A stretch of 63,750 nucleotides of DNA, filler included, from Ministeria vibrans ATCC 50519 (GCA_943704425.1; 7 parts of 7 records of this genome joined end to end with filler, not necessarily neighbours in it), one strand, 5' to 3'. Counted from the whole stretch's first letter, positions 36,159-49,354 are shown. Translations and numbers: made by a program. Notes: generated from the letters alone by a model not told the origin.

Positions 36159-38567
36159 ATGCTCGCGACTCGAAGTGTGGTGCGAGTGTCGACGGCTCGA
36201 GCGGTGCGCCGACTACATGGGATCGTGCTAAACTCAGAGGATCAAATCAAGACATCGAGTCTGGACGATGCGTCTGCCTCCCATGTGAGGCCCATTGCTG
36301 CCACAATGGTATGATGCGCCCAAGACCGTCGCGCTCCACTGATCGTTTTATTTTATTTTATTTTATTTATTTTTTATGGACAGGCAAAGGAGAAAGTTCG
36401 AATTGTGTCTGTCGTCCAAAGTGAGCAAAGCATTGCGCTTGTTGGCAAGAACGTCCGCAAAGCAGGCTATTCGGACTTGAAAGTGGATGGCCGCAGCGAC
36501 GACGCGCGCGCTGCAGCCCAAGTGGGCCTAAACGCTCTCGCTCAGGTAAAATCGACCCTATTAAGTATTCTCGACCACCATCAATAATCTCTTTTCGCTT
36601 CGTCTCGAATTTTCCAGTCAGGAGGGAATCCAAAGCGCGTCGCGATTGACGCGCGCCACGGCCAATGGACTGCAGCTGCCGAGGGTGCCGTTCTGAGCAC
36701 GTACAACTTCAAGCTGACGTCGAAAAAGACACCCGCGCCCGTTGAGGTGGTGCGCCACGTTCTCCCGACGGAAAGCTCGGCGGAGACGCGCCAGCGCAAC
36801 GCCGATTGGGCCCGGGGGGTGATTCTGGGCCAGGCACAGAACTTTGCTCGTGATCTGATGAACGCGCCGGCGAATCTTCTTCAGGCGGATGTGTTTGTAC
36901 ATCGCGTCAAGGAGGAGCTCAGCCGAGCAGCGCACACCTCGTCGCTGGACGTCACTGTTCAGTCGTGGTCTGGCACAGAGGGCCCTGTTGTGAAAATGGG
37001 AGGCTTTCAGGCGGTGGCCCAGGGTTCCGTAAGAGGGCCAAGAAATACAACCCCAACCCTTACCCTAACCCTAACTCTAAACAATTCGAATTTCAGGACG
37101 GCCCAATGCGTTTGCTCCAAATCGACCTTCAACCAGCACAATCGTCGCAACAGAAGAATTCCGAAGCACGCGAAGCTCCTCTTGTGTTGATTGGGAAAGG
37201 AGTGACATTTGATAGTGGAGGCATATCCATCAAACCAAGTGCAGGTAAAAATAACTTTTATTATCATAATAATAATAATTATTATTATTATTATTATTTT
37301 ACTAATGAGAGTCGTTCTGAGCTGTTTGTGTTGTTGCTGCTTTTTGTTTGTGATTGATCATAAATTGGAAAATATAATATCTTCTTCTTCTTCTAAATAA
37401 TATTACGATTATTTTTATACGTACATATAGGAATGGGTCTGATGAAGGGTGACATGGGTGGAGGTGCGTGCGTTGTTGCCACTGCACTCGCACTTGTTCG
37501 TCTCAATGCCAATGTCAATGTCACTGTCCTTGTTCCTCTCTGTGAGAATATGCTTAATGGAAAAGCGACCCGTCCGGTAATATACAAAAAGTCAAACCCA
37601 TACAGTGTATCATTATATGTATAGTGGGACTGAGTGTGTTGTATTGATTAGGGAGATATTATTACGATGTACGATGGAACAACGATTGAGGTAAACCGCA
37701 CACACACACACACACACACACTTACCAATGGGAGTACAGTCTGACACGTTTTGTGTGTTTGTTTGTGTGTATGCGTGTGTGGTAGGTGGACAATACGGAT
37801 GCGGAAGGACGGCTGCTGTTGGGCGACTGCCTGTCGTATGCACAGAGTGAAGATGGAGGATTGGGTGCACATAGCATTGTGGATGTGGCGACGCTGACGG
37901 GGGCCATGGCAGTGGCACTGGGTGCGGGGGCTGCAGGTGTGTTTACGACGTCGCAGCGCATGTGGGAGGGGCTTAAGAATGCAGGGAATGCTTCGGGGGA
38001 TCCCTTCTGGCGTATGCCATTGGATCCTCATTACGACGATATGATGAGACCAAAGGTTGGTGTTGTTATTGGTGGTGTTGTTGTTGTGATGTTATATAGT
38101 CTTTAATGCCTCCTGTTGTGTAGTCTGGCGCCGACATGATCAACGCGGGTGGCCGGGATGCTGGCGCGTGCACTGCTGCTGCCTTTCTGCACCATTTCCT
38201 TCCAACCCACTTTCCGTTTGCACACATTGACATTGCGGGCGTAATGGACAAGGGTCGTGTGGACCTGCCACTCTCGGGCATGACCGGCAGGCCCACTCGT
38301 GCCCTCGTAGCCTTTGCCGAGGAGTATGGCCGAGTCAAGAACCCCAAGCACGATGAAGATGTGTCCCCCAAGAACGCAGTCAAGAACCCCAAGAGCGGAG
38401 TCAAGAAGCACGATGAAGATGTGCCCCCCAAGAACGCAGTCAAGTACCCCAAGAACACAGTCAAGAACCCCAAGAACGCAGTCAAGAACGCAGTCAAGAA
38501 CGCAGTCAAGAACCCCAAGCACGATGACAAAGCGCCCTCCAAGAGAGCCAATTCTTTTTATTTCTAA
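36159..38567 (+). CDS. LAP3: M17 leucine aminopeptidase with probable mitochondrial presequence
   Basis: Arg/Ser-rich N-terminus; QNFARDLMNAPAN, GKGVTFDSGGISIK, MKGDMGG, NTDAEGRL, DVATLTGAM, GACTAAAFL and HIDIAG. Confidence 0.93.
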
Positions 38568-38846
38568 GTAAACCAATAAGACCATTGACCATCACAGTAG
38601 TTTTGAGCTGTTTGTGTTATCCTTTTCGTTTGATTGATTGGTACTATTTTGTATTTTCTTTGTTTGTGTTGTCGCTTTACGTTTCTTTTTTTACTGTTTG
38701 ATTGATAGTAAAGTGGAGATGCCTTTTTCTTCTTCTTCTTGACTTAATGACTTCTTCTGTCTTAAATGTCGATGTCGCTTTTGTTTGTGATCTTGCAAAC
38801 TTAACTCATAAGTACAAATTTTTTGCATCTCGTTCTGCTTACCCTC

Positions 38847-39268
38847 ATGTCAAACGATCAGCAGGCCGCCGCGGCTCTTGCGTCGTTCAGCGATTACAGC
38901 ACGACCGTCGGCAATGGCGTATGTGTCCCCAACAGACAATGAGAATGTAGCACAACAGTGACACTCAGTCCGTTTTTGGTCGTGGCACCCACAGGACCTT
39001 CCCGACGACGATGCGCCGCTCGGGGGCCGTCGACGAAAGCGCAAGGCGGCCGCCATTGTCGCAGACGAGGTACGGTGGGCAGCGTGGGCGCAGAAGGAGT
39101 GCGATTCGCCAACCTGCCAACCCGTTTTAGGACTCGGACGATGACTACGACGACCGGAAACCCACTGGCGGCATGCTCACCAGCGCAGACCAGGTACCCT
39201 GCCCTCCACCCCTTTCCCTCCTCCCTCCTCCTTGCCTTCTCTCTCCTTAACTTTCTCATTTCCTTCGC

Positions 39269-39300
<32 letters not shown>

Positions 39301-40227
39301 CGTTTCGCATTTTTCGACTGTTCATTCTTGATTAGTGCACTGGGGTGGTAGTGTGTGTGTGTTGTGGACATGTGAATGGGGTGTGTGCATGGGGGACGGG
39401 GCTGGTTCGGGCTCCAGCGGGCGCATTCGGGCGCATTTGCGACCGCAGTGGGGATCGTTCAACCCACGTGTGAACAAATCGTCGTCCAAACTGCCCTGTC
39501 GGCGAAGCGCGCACTTTCCAATGCGTTAAAGTCGTCATCCGTGTTTGCACCCTTCTCTTGGCCGCCTTGTTGCCGTGTAATATTGCAAAGGAGCTTTGTT
39601 TTTGACTCATCACGCTTTCCCCTTTTTTTCACTGTCGCCACTCACTCTCTCTCACTCTCTCACTCTCTCTGTACAGGTGCAAGAGTTCTCGCTGCAGTTT
39701 CATGGACGTGAACTTATTGTGGACTCCATGCTGGAGCTGAACTACGGCCGTCGCTATGGGCTGATCGGCCTCAACGGCACTGGCAAGTCGACCTTGCTGC
39801 AGGCCATTGCGGCACGCGAGGTGCCCGTCCCCGGCCACATCGACATCCATTTGCTCGCCAAGGAGATTGAGGGCTCGGACCAGACTGCCCTGGAGGCCGT
39901 CATGGCCGACGTGACCTTGGAGCGAGAGCGTCTCGAGGAGCAGGCGGAGCGTCTCGCCGAGGAGGACGAACCCGACAGCAACACACTCGAGGACATTTAC
40001 GACCGACTCGAGGCACTCGACGGCGATCTGGCCGAGAAGAACGCCGGCGAGATTCTCTTTGGTCTGGGCTTTGACAAGGACATGCAAGCAAAGAAGACAC
40101 GCGACTTTTCAGGAGGCTGGCGCATGCGCATTGCCCTGAGCAAAGTGCTCTTTACACAGCCCACCTGTCTTCTTCTTGATGAACCCACAAACCATCTCGG
40201 TAAGGACCCTACTGATGTCTGTTTGTG

Positions 40228-40262
<35 letters not shown>

Positions 40263-41073
40263 TATGTATCAGAAAGGGTGTGAGAGAGACGACAAGAGTT
40301 GATATCTCAATCAGTGTTACTTTTGTATCTCTCTTCACATTCACTAATTTTGCATGAACTACTTTTTGTGCAGATCTCGACGCGTGCGTGTGGCTTGAAG
40401 AGTACCTCAAGACCTGGACCCGCACACTGGTCATTGTCTCGCACAGTCAGGATTTCCTCAATGGCGTTTGCACAAACATTATCCTTTTGCGTCACCAGAA
40501 ACTTCAGTACTTCACAGGTGACATTTATATAGAATACCAAATCAGCATTATTATGTGAGGCGCAACTTCTAAATTTGTGTGTTTGCATGTCGTGTATAGG
40601 AAACTATGATTCATATGTAAAAACACGAAGAGAACTCGAAGAGAACCAGTCGAAGAGATACAAAAAGGAACAGGAAGAGATTGCGCACATGAAAGATTTC
40701 ATTGCCAGGTAGCAAATTTGCACTGTTGCATTGCCGTGTATGCGGTGTGGTATTTTATGTGTGTGTGTTTATTGTTGATTGACTGTGTCTGTGTGTCTGT
40801 TTTTTCAGTGAGAGATTCATTGAGTGTATTTTTCATTTGAGTGATTGTTTGAAAAGTCTATTTGAGGTGTATGATTGTGATACTAATACCGTGTGTGCGT
40901 TTTAGATTTGGTCACGGAACGGCCAAGTTGGCCCGTCAGGCGCAGAGTAGAGAGAAGTTGATGGCCAAAATGATTGAAAATGGTCTCACTGAGAAGGTAA
41001 ATCAACACACTTAATGCGAAAACACTGGATTGATGTACTTATCACTCTCTCTCTATCACTTTGTTTCTTTCTC

Positions 41074-41137
<64 letters not shown>

Positions 41138-42128
41138 TTTGGTAGGTTGTTTCTGACCATACACTCAAGTTTGAATTGACCAACGTTGGGAAAATGGTTC
41201 CACCCGTCATTATGTTTGACTCGGTCTCCTTCTGCTACCCTGGTAACGCAATTAAACCAACTCGCTCATTCACTCACGGTTCATTTTTAGGCACAACGAA
41301 AATGCTGTACACTGATCTGTCGCTGAGTATTGATCTTGAGTCGCGTGTTGCGCTGGTGGGTCCCAACGGATGCGGAAAATCAACGCTGCTGAAGCTCATG
41401 ACAGGCGAACTGAGTGCCACAATGGGTAAGAGTGTTGTTGTACGTGGGAGTGTGTCATTGGCGTATTGATGCTTTTGATGCACAAAACAGGGGCCATTCG
41501 ACAGAACTCGCATCTGCGCGTGTGCCGATACCATCAGCACTTGGCGGACCACATTGACATCAATCTGACGCCGCTCGAGTACATGATCCAACAGTTTCCC
41601 GATGTCAAAGATGAAGAGAAGACCCGCTCGGCTATTGGTCGTTTTGGTAAGCAGGCACGCATATACGACAGTATTGTGCTTACCCGCTACCCGCTTGACT
41701 TGTCGCTTGTTAGGTCTGTCGGGCAAAGAGCAAATGACGCCCATTGGCAAGTTGAGCGACGGACAGCAGGCACGCGTTGTGTTCGCCTGGCTCACCGCCA
41801 AGACTCCCCATCTGCTGCTACTTGATGAGCCCACCAACCATTTGGATATGGAGACCATTGATTCGCTGGCCGACGCAATCAACAAGTGGGACGGTGGAAT
41901 GATTCTCGTTTCGCACGGTATGTTATCTTGTGCGACAACGAGATGCGACTCAATTGGTTTTTTTTTTTTTTTTCCTTTTCAGACTTCCGATTGATCTCTC
42001 AGGTGGCAAAGGAGATTTGGCTGTGCGAGAACGGCAACGTGAACAAGCTGGAGGGCGATATTTCGGCGTACAAAGAGCACTTGCGCAAGCAGATGCTCAA
42101 GGCACGCGAGACCAACACGGGAAAGTAG
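38847..42128 (+). CDS. ABCF2: ABC-F ATPase, ABCF2/ARB1 type
   Basis: Two ATPase cassettes and no membrane domains: [67 protein letters not shown]. 5' exons approximate. Confidence 0.93.
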
Positions 42129-42137
42129 CGTGACCTG

Positions 42138-42177
<40 letters not shown>

Positions 42178-42253
42178 GTATTTCGGTTGAATGCAGTGGT
42201 TTATTTGAGTACTTTTTTGGCCCTTTCTTTTTATATAATATTATTGTGTTGCA

Positions 42254-44236
42254 TTAGACAATAGATGAGCCCGTGTGAGCGACACGGAAAGAAGAGAGTG
42301 AGGGCCCTGACACAAGCGACTTGTCAGGTCCACAGCTGAGAGAAGAGCACGAGCGCAGAGAGAGATTGGGACCGAGGGCAGAAGAAGAAGATGATGTGCG
42401 AAGCGAGGAGTCGGTGCCACGAGCGAGAGAGTGAGTAGAGCGCAGAGAGAGATCCGGACCAGAAGTAGGCGTTGCGAGTGCACTGTGGTATGTGCGAGTG
42501 CTGCTTTTGACTGGGGCTGCCTTTGCCTTGGCCGTTCGCGTAGGCTGATGCTTTTGAGGCTGTCTGACCGGTGTACGTTGCTGCTGCTTTGCGGGTTGTT
42601 CCTTCTTCTTTGACTGCGATGGCTTCGTGTTCTGTTTGGGTTTTGCGGTAACAGTGGAACTCGAAGTCGTGGCAGACTGCGAGGTGGACTGCGAATGGTA
42701 CTGAGCGGGGTTTGAAGCAGAAACATACGCCACGGGAGCACTACTGGCACCAGTGGTAGCCGTGGTAGTGGTGCTTGACACGTAGGAAGTGGGGATCACA
42801 CGCGAAGTGTATGCGTGTGAAGCAGCGGATGAAGTGGAAGTAGGAGCGCCAAAGGCACTTTCAGTTGTGCGGCCCAGCAGTTGACGGGCGATTTCTTCGT
42901 TGTAACCAGACGATTCGCAGATCATTTTAACGGTGTCCAGTGGCGTAGACGTGTGCTCTTTTTGGAGTTTGTGAACCACTATTATTTAATAACACACAAT
43001 AAAAAGAAAAGGTGAGCAATCATAATCATGGTATGAATAATAACAATAATAATCATAATCATGTTATGAATAATAACAATAATAATCACAATAATTATTA
43101 CGCTCTCGTTTGGTTCGGTCGCTGAGCTGAGGGGGTTTGGGAGGAGTCGGGGCAGAGGCGGAGGGCGCAGTAGAGGATGTTGTGTGTGACGCACTGGCGC
43201 TTGCAGTAGTGCGCATCTGGATGAGTGTTAAAGGAGAAAAAGAATGGTGCGTTTAAAAAAAAAGAGTTTGGACAACTTGGTTGTGGGAGAGTGGGTGGGG
43301 AGTTGTGTCGTACTTTGAATCCCATGCTTTTCTGAAGGGTTTTGGTCACAGTGACTTCGAGAGATGATTCGCTCAGTTGTGGTGACTCGCGAGCAGCGGC
43401 ATTGACAACGCTCATAATGACTGCGTGAGGTGCGTCGGGGAATTTAGCGTCGAGTCTGTTGATGATGGCGGTGAGTTGTGTCGCGTCCAATGCTGGTTTT
43501 GTGTTCCCGTGGCTCTTTGCTGCTGCTGCCGTCGTCGTCGTCGTCGTCGTCGTCGACGCCGTCGTGGGCTTGGTCGTGGTCGTGGTCGTGGCGCTGGATT
43601 TGGACTTATGGGCCTGGGGGTTGGGCACCTTTTGCTATACACAAGGAAAATGAGAGGAGTCAGGTAAAGTCGCACACACAATGCACAAACAAAGGTACTG
43701 TCAAAATTCCAAGCGTCTTGAGCTGTCTGACAGCCACGACTTCGGCCTTAAAGTCGCTCGCAGCGGGGTTTGCGCCGACGACGGTCGCGACAACGCCGTC
43801 AACGACGTCGGGCGCAGCGGCAGCACTGCGGTGCTTGCGCTGGATCGACTGGCTGATCCGCTGGATCTTGTCGCGTTTCTCCTGCGCTGCCTTGGCCGCT
43901 GCAGTTGTGCCATGCGGGCTTGTGGCAGGGACGGCGCCGCGAGGGTCTTTCCACTGGAAGGCGAAAGCAATAAAATGAGGGGGGAAAAAAACACACAACC
44001 AGCGCAAATCCACTGCGTACCGTCGTCTTCTTTGAGTTGTGGTCGACGAAGAAAGGTCTGTTTGTGCGCGGATCCCAACGCGCTGCGGACAGAACAGCGT
44101 GAGAAGCGAGAAGAGACACGAAAAGTAAAAACACACAAAAAAAAACCGAACGAACGAAAAAGGTACCTTCAAAGCCCGTTGGCAGTGCGTGCTGTGCCAC
44201 GGATGCCCTGAAGGCTGCTTCGTTGGCCCATCCCAT
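42254..44236 (-). CDS. WW-domain protein with CUE-like helical domains and C-terminal GPxxSL repeats
   Basis: Spliced WW: LPTGFE | ARWDPRTNRPFFVDHNSKKTT | WKDPR. CUE-like segments RLDAKFPDAPHAVI and KMICESSGYNEEIARQLL. Tail GPDLSLR, GTDSSLR, GPNLSLR, GPDKSLV. Confidence 0.75.
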
Positions 44237-44386
44237 GTTGGTCGTGCCGGCTGAATAAGGACGGAGTACGAGAGAGAGAAAGAGAGAGAATGAACTTACT
44301 GATAACTGATTTGACTTGACTATGTCTCAACTCATCACTTTAGTCTTTAGTCTTTAGTCTTTCTCTCTCTCTCTCTCTTTCTTGAC

Positions 44387-44747
44387 ATGACGAAAGATGA
44401 CAACTCCAGTAGCGGGAGTCAAGCGGAGCTGCTGGCCCCTCAGCAGCGGCAGAGGAGACTGACAGTGACGCGCAACTGGATGCGCTATGCGGGACAGTCG
44501 CGCTGGCTGTGCGACGGCCGTCTTCTGCGCGGCCCCGAGCAGCTCACGCTCGCCCACAGCATTGCGATGATTGTCGTTCCCTCCCTGCTCTTTGCTGGCT
44601 TCAGGTCCGCTCTAATCCAGCTGCGACACCCAAATAATTCTTGTTTTTTCGTTACTCTCTGTCTGTCTCTCTCCCTCTCCCTCTCTCTCTATCTCTCCGT
44701 CTTGTCACACAGCATTAAGTTTCTCACGAACAATGTGAGCCTGGCAG
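44387..44747 (+). CDS. N-terminus of an ERF2/ZDHHC9-14-18-type palmitoyltransferase, truncated by spacer
   Basis: RNWMRYAGQSRWLCDGRLLRGP followed by a transmembrane helix matches this subfamily's N-terminal signature; the DHHC motif itself is not in the window. Confidence 0.7.
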
Positions 44748-44829
44748 GTACGCACTCAGACGCCGATGCCTCTCTCTCTCTCTCTCTCAAATTCTCAAAC
44801 TCTCTCTCTATCACTTTGTTTCTTTCTCC

Positions 44830-44876
<47 letters not shown>

Positions 44877-44976
44877 NNNNNNNNNNNNNNNNNNNNNNNN
44901 NNNNNNNNNNNNNNNNNNNNTTAATTAATTAANNNNNNNNNNNNNNNNNNNNNNNNNNNNNNNNNNNNNNNNNNNN

Positions 44977-45062
<86 letters not shown>

Positions 45063-45112
45063 AACTCCCTCTCTCTCTCTCTCTCTCTGTGATGTGTGTG
45101 TGTTTCATTTAG

Positions 45113-45805
45113 GGTGTTGGACCATCGACGCACTCTTGTGCTTCCACCCGAGCGAGGCGTTTCCTTTTGTAAGCACTTTCAGACGGAGAGAAATCACAGT
45201 TTTTCACTGACAAATCACATTTTTGTTTGTAGCTGCTCGTTCACTTATGAGCAAACTGCTGACTGATGTGGAGTGGAGACTCAGAAGAGGTACAAGAGAG
45301 TGTGAAAGAGTGTGTGTCAACAAATCAATTTTTCGTATTCTCCCACACACAACCTCACACACAATGTGTCTTTTGTGTAGATGGTATCCAAGCACACCCA
45401 TTCTTCAAGGCAGTGGACTGGGCGGCTCTGCGCTCCTCTCCTGCCCCATTTGTCCCCGATGGCTCCACCGACAACTTCCCTCATCTTGAAGAGTTCTTCT
45501 GTTGGCCTTCCGAGAGCACTCCCGCCGCTCAACAGCCCCACCACGCCAATACCGTCACAACGACAACAGCCTCAAACTTTCACGAATACGACCCCAAAGC
45601 GCACTATGAAAAGGCCCTTGTCAACTTCTCCTTCACTCGCTTTTGGGATACGTACACCTCACGCGGTGTCACTCCCCAACAACAACAACAACAACAAGAG
45701 CACTCCCACCCCTCCAAAAGTCATCGCCACTCCCATCGTCGTATGCAACGCGTTGAGACGACTCTCGTCAAATCCACTCCTGATTTTGTCGAATCCATTC
45801 TTTGA
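45113..45805 (+). CDS. C-terminal fragment of an NDR/LATS-type AGC kinase
   Basis: TLVLPPE...AARSLMSKLL, IQAHPFFKAVDW, APFVP, TDNFP and hydrophobic motif VNFSFTRFWD. Confidence 0.75.
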
Positions 45806-45935
45806 TTTGCTGTCTCTTTCTTCTACTCATTTTCTTTCTCTCTCGCACACAATTCATTATTATTTATTATCTTTCATATTGATATCTTTTCTGTATTCTG
45901 TATCTGTACACACGCTCAAACCAACAAAGACAAAA

Positions 45936-47024
45936 CTACGTTTCTTCTTCTTCTGTCGGCTCCGCTTCAGTGAAAAAGTCCTCTGTTGAATACACATTGG
46001 GCGCTTGAAATTTCCTTCGTTCCTTTTCCACCACTGGCGTTGCTTTCCTCTGAACAATGTGATAGAAAGAGTAGGAAGAAAAACCAAAATAATAGAGAGA
46101 GTAGGGAGAAAAAACAAAGTGATAGAGAGAAGAGAGAGTGAATGAAAGGAACAAAGAAGAGGGAGAAAGAAACAAAGAAATAGAGAAACAGTATGTGTGA
46201 AACGGAAAAGGTGAGCGTCTAAATCCCAAGTCTCAAAACAACACGTTTTTGTCTTACTCCGCCAAGGAAGGACAACTTTGAAAAGGTCGAAAAGACTTTC
46301 TTAATTCCACTCTGTTGCATGTCCTTCTCCGCTCGTTCCAAATGTCGCTCAACGTCGTTGACAGACGCGCGTACTATTGACATGAATCGCTACATACAAC
46401 ATAAATCAACTCTTTACACACTATAAACTCGAAGTCGTGCAGACGACGAAAGCGGAGGTGGGGATTAGGGTTAGGGTTAGGGTTAGGGTTAGGGTTAGCG
46501 TAAGTTCTGTGCGGTCTACCTCGAGCTTGTCAATTTTCGCATAGATCTCCTCGAGCTTTTGAGACTTGCTCAAAAGCATGGGAACGTGCGTGTCAACGGC
46601 ACTTGTCGAGTCACGACAAATCTAATAATTATTGTGATAAAAAAAAAACGAAAAAAAAAAACGAAAAAAAAGCGTCGAATTTTGTGAACTTTTTTAGTGA
46701 AAACTTTCAACGTACTGTCTCCACGACCGCTCGAAACTCGTCCATGCGCACAAGCATCTCCTCAATGGCAAGCTCGACAGCCTGAATCTGCGCACAGGGA
46801 CGCGGAGAGAGCGGTCAACAACACAGAGGACTGGCACACGCCCCGCTTACATCCGGAGAGCCGTCGACAAGGAGGTACGCACTGTACTCGGCGCACGCAG
46901 TCTCAAGAAGCTCAAGTGACGTTGGGGGCGGTGCTGTCACAAGATCAGTCGAGCTTGTGTCGTCCCCCGTCGCCTCAACCGCCATTTCGGCCGTCGCCTC
47001 GCCCGTTTCCACTGCTGACGCCAT
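45936..47024 (-). CDS. BLOC1S4: BLOC-1 subunit 4 (cappuccino)-like
   Basis: EYSAYL, IEEMLVRMDEF, LEEIYAKIDKLE | RFMSIV...VERHLERAE, and C-terminal YSTEDFF. Confidence 0.8.
46465..46498 (+). repeat. Interstitial telomere-type repeat (TTAGGG)5 TTAG in a BLOC1S4 intron
   Basis: Five perfect TTAGGG units inside the predicted intron 46390-46519. Confidence 0.9.
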
Positions 47025-47145
47025 TCGAGTTACGCAGAGGCAACTATGCAAAGCTTGCAAAGAAATAATATGAATAATCAATAAATTGACGTAAATAAAT
47101 CGTAAATATTCATATCAGTTATCAGTCGTTAAATATTTCTTTGTG

Positions 47146-49354
47146 ATGAGAATGAGAACGTCCACCGTGGTGGGGCTGTGCATACTTGCACTGGGAGTGG
47201 TGGGAAGCGTGGTGCTCATTGGAGTGGTGAGCACCGACGATGGAGGGGAGCGCAAAACGGCAAAGGTTCGCGAGGAGCTCGTTGTCACGCTACGCCGCGA
47301 CCTGCACAGCGCCCGGACTGGGTGTGCTGCTCGCGTCAAAAACTGCGAAATGGACAAACAGTTGGACCTGAAAAAGTGCGTGGCGCAGCGTGTATCGCAC
47401 CAAAACGAACTCGAAGTGATTGCGGCCGACGCGCACTCTCTCGAACGTCGTGTCTCCGAGCTGCAGGCGCAACTCGCGGCCACCAAGAAGCAACTGGTTG
47501 CCGCCGACGCTCCCGTCACGCTGCCGGCCGTCGAGCAGCCGCCGTGTCCCGCTGTGCCTCCCGCCGAGCGTCAGTACAAACCATTCACGTCTGGCGAACG
47601 GCTCGTCCATCTGGATCTCAAGGGCGCCCCGCCACGCGCCTCCTATCTCATTGCACTCATGCCGCTTCTTCGTCAACTGGGTGCCACTGGACTGCTTATT
47701 GAGTGGGAGGACACCCTCCCCTTCACCGGCATCCTCGAAGTCGTACGCAGCGTCGAAGCGTACACCACCGACGAAGTCGCAGCCATCCTCAAGGCTGCAC
47801 ACGACAATGCTCTCACTGGTACACTCCGAACGAACAAATAAGACAAGAGAAAGAAATATCATATATAACCTTCGCTTTTGCTCTATCGCTCTTTTCTTCT
47901 CGCACACTGTTGTTTCTTCTTCTTCTTCTTCTTCTTCTTCTTCTTCTTCTTCTTCATGCTTCAGTGATTCCATTGGTGCAAACATTTGGACACGTCGAGT
48001 TTCTGCTCAAACACGAATCACTTGCGTCACATCGCGCCGACCCATCCCAGCCAGCTGTGCTGTGCGCCTGCTGCAACGACACCACACTGGCCGTCATCAC
48101 AACCCTCATCGACCAGGTGCTCGCCCTGCACCCGTCCATTGAGCATATCCACTTGGGTGCCGATGAGGCATGGCAGTTTGACCGGGCGCTGCGATGCGCA
48201 CAGTACATGCAAGACCACACACCAGAAGATCTTTATGTGCGCCACATGCGACGCGTTGTTGATCATGTGCTTGCAAAGGGCCTCCGTGTGCTTGTCTGGG
48301 ACGACATGCTCAGACAGTGGTCGGCCGACAATCTCAAGCGAATGAAGGGAGTTGAGCCAGTCGGTAAGTCACTCATTCTGCACACAACATTATCGTTCGT
48401 TAAGCACACACTAAGCACACACAAACCACTCACTTACTCACACTCACTAAGCACACACAAACCACTCACTTATTATTTACTCGCTTACTCACTCACACAC
48501 CTTCTCTTTTCTCTCTCTCTCTCTCTTTCTCTGTCTCTCTTGTAGTCTGGCAATACCAACGATCAGTGGGTGCTGCTGTAAATCGCCAGCTGTTGACGCG
48601 CTATGTGGAGTCATTTGGACGTGTGTGGATTGCGAGTGCGTTCAAAGGAGCGACGGGTCCCCTTCAGGATATGCCACCACTGGACTATCACACGGACAAC
48701 CATTTGAGCTGGCTGGCGCTCTTGGATGGCTATGAGCATCGAGATGCAGTTGCTGGTGTTGCGCTGACGGGATGGAGTCGCTATGATCACTATGGAGCGC
48801 TGTGCGAGCTGCTGGGGACGTCGATTCCATCCCTTGGAGTGTGTTTAGGGGTTCTACGTGCGGGTCGCATGGACTCAGCACTGCTCGAGCACACACACAT
48901 GACATTGGGGATGTCTGCACGGCTACCGCTGCAGCAGCCACAGTGGTACGACGACACTCTTGGTGTGGTGGGTGGTTCCTTCCCAGGGACCACTGTACTT
49001 ACAGTAGTTGTGCGTCTTGAGCGCGCTCGACAGAGCCTCACCAAGCGCGAGCACACCGTCGATGCCTGGTGCACCCGCCAGCTTCCCAGTGCCTTCGTGA
49101 ACCCGCTCCATCTGAAGCCCCTCATGCTCACTCTCGATGCACTCAAGGCCGAATTTTCCTCTCTCTCCGCCGTCGTGCGTTCCAAGTGGCAGTCGGAAGT
49201 GTACCATCGAGAGACGTGCGACGAGTGGATTGACTCACACGTTCGTCCCCAGCTTGAGCGCGTCGATCGACTCATTGCCTTTGTGCGTCGCTGCCTCAAG
49301 TTTGACCGGGTCCAGTCGTCACCCAGTCTTTCACGTTACCCTCCGCCGCTCTAA
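47146..49354 (+). CDS. HEXD: GH20 hexosaminidase D-like enzyme with N-terminal membrane anchor and coiled-coil stem
   Basis: RLVHLDLKGAPP, GATGLLIEWED, IPLVQTFGHVEF, catalytic HIHLGADE, WDDMLR, WIASAFKGA and LTGWSRYDH. Confidence 0.92.

Noticed and set aside
44387-45805. DHHC-kinase fusion
   Set aside because: The two same-strand fragments are on different contigs, either side of the 44877-44976 spacer.
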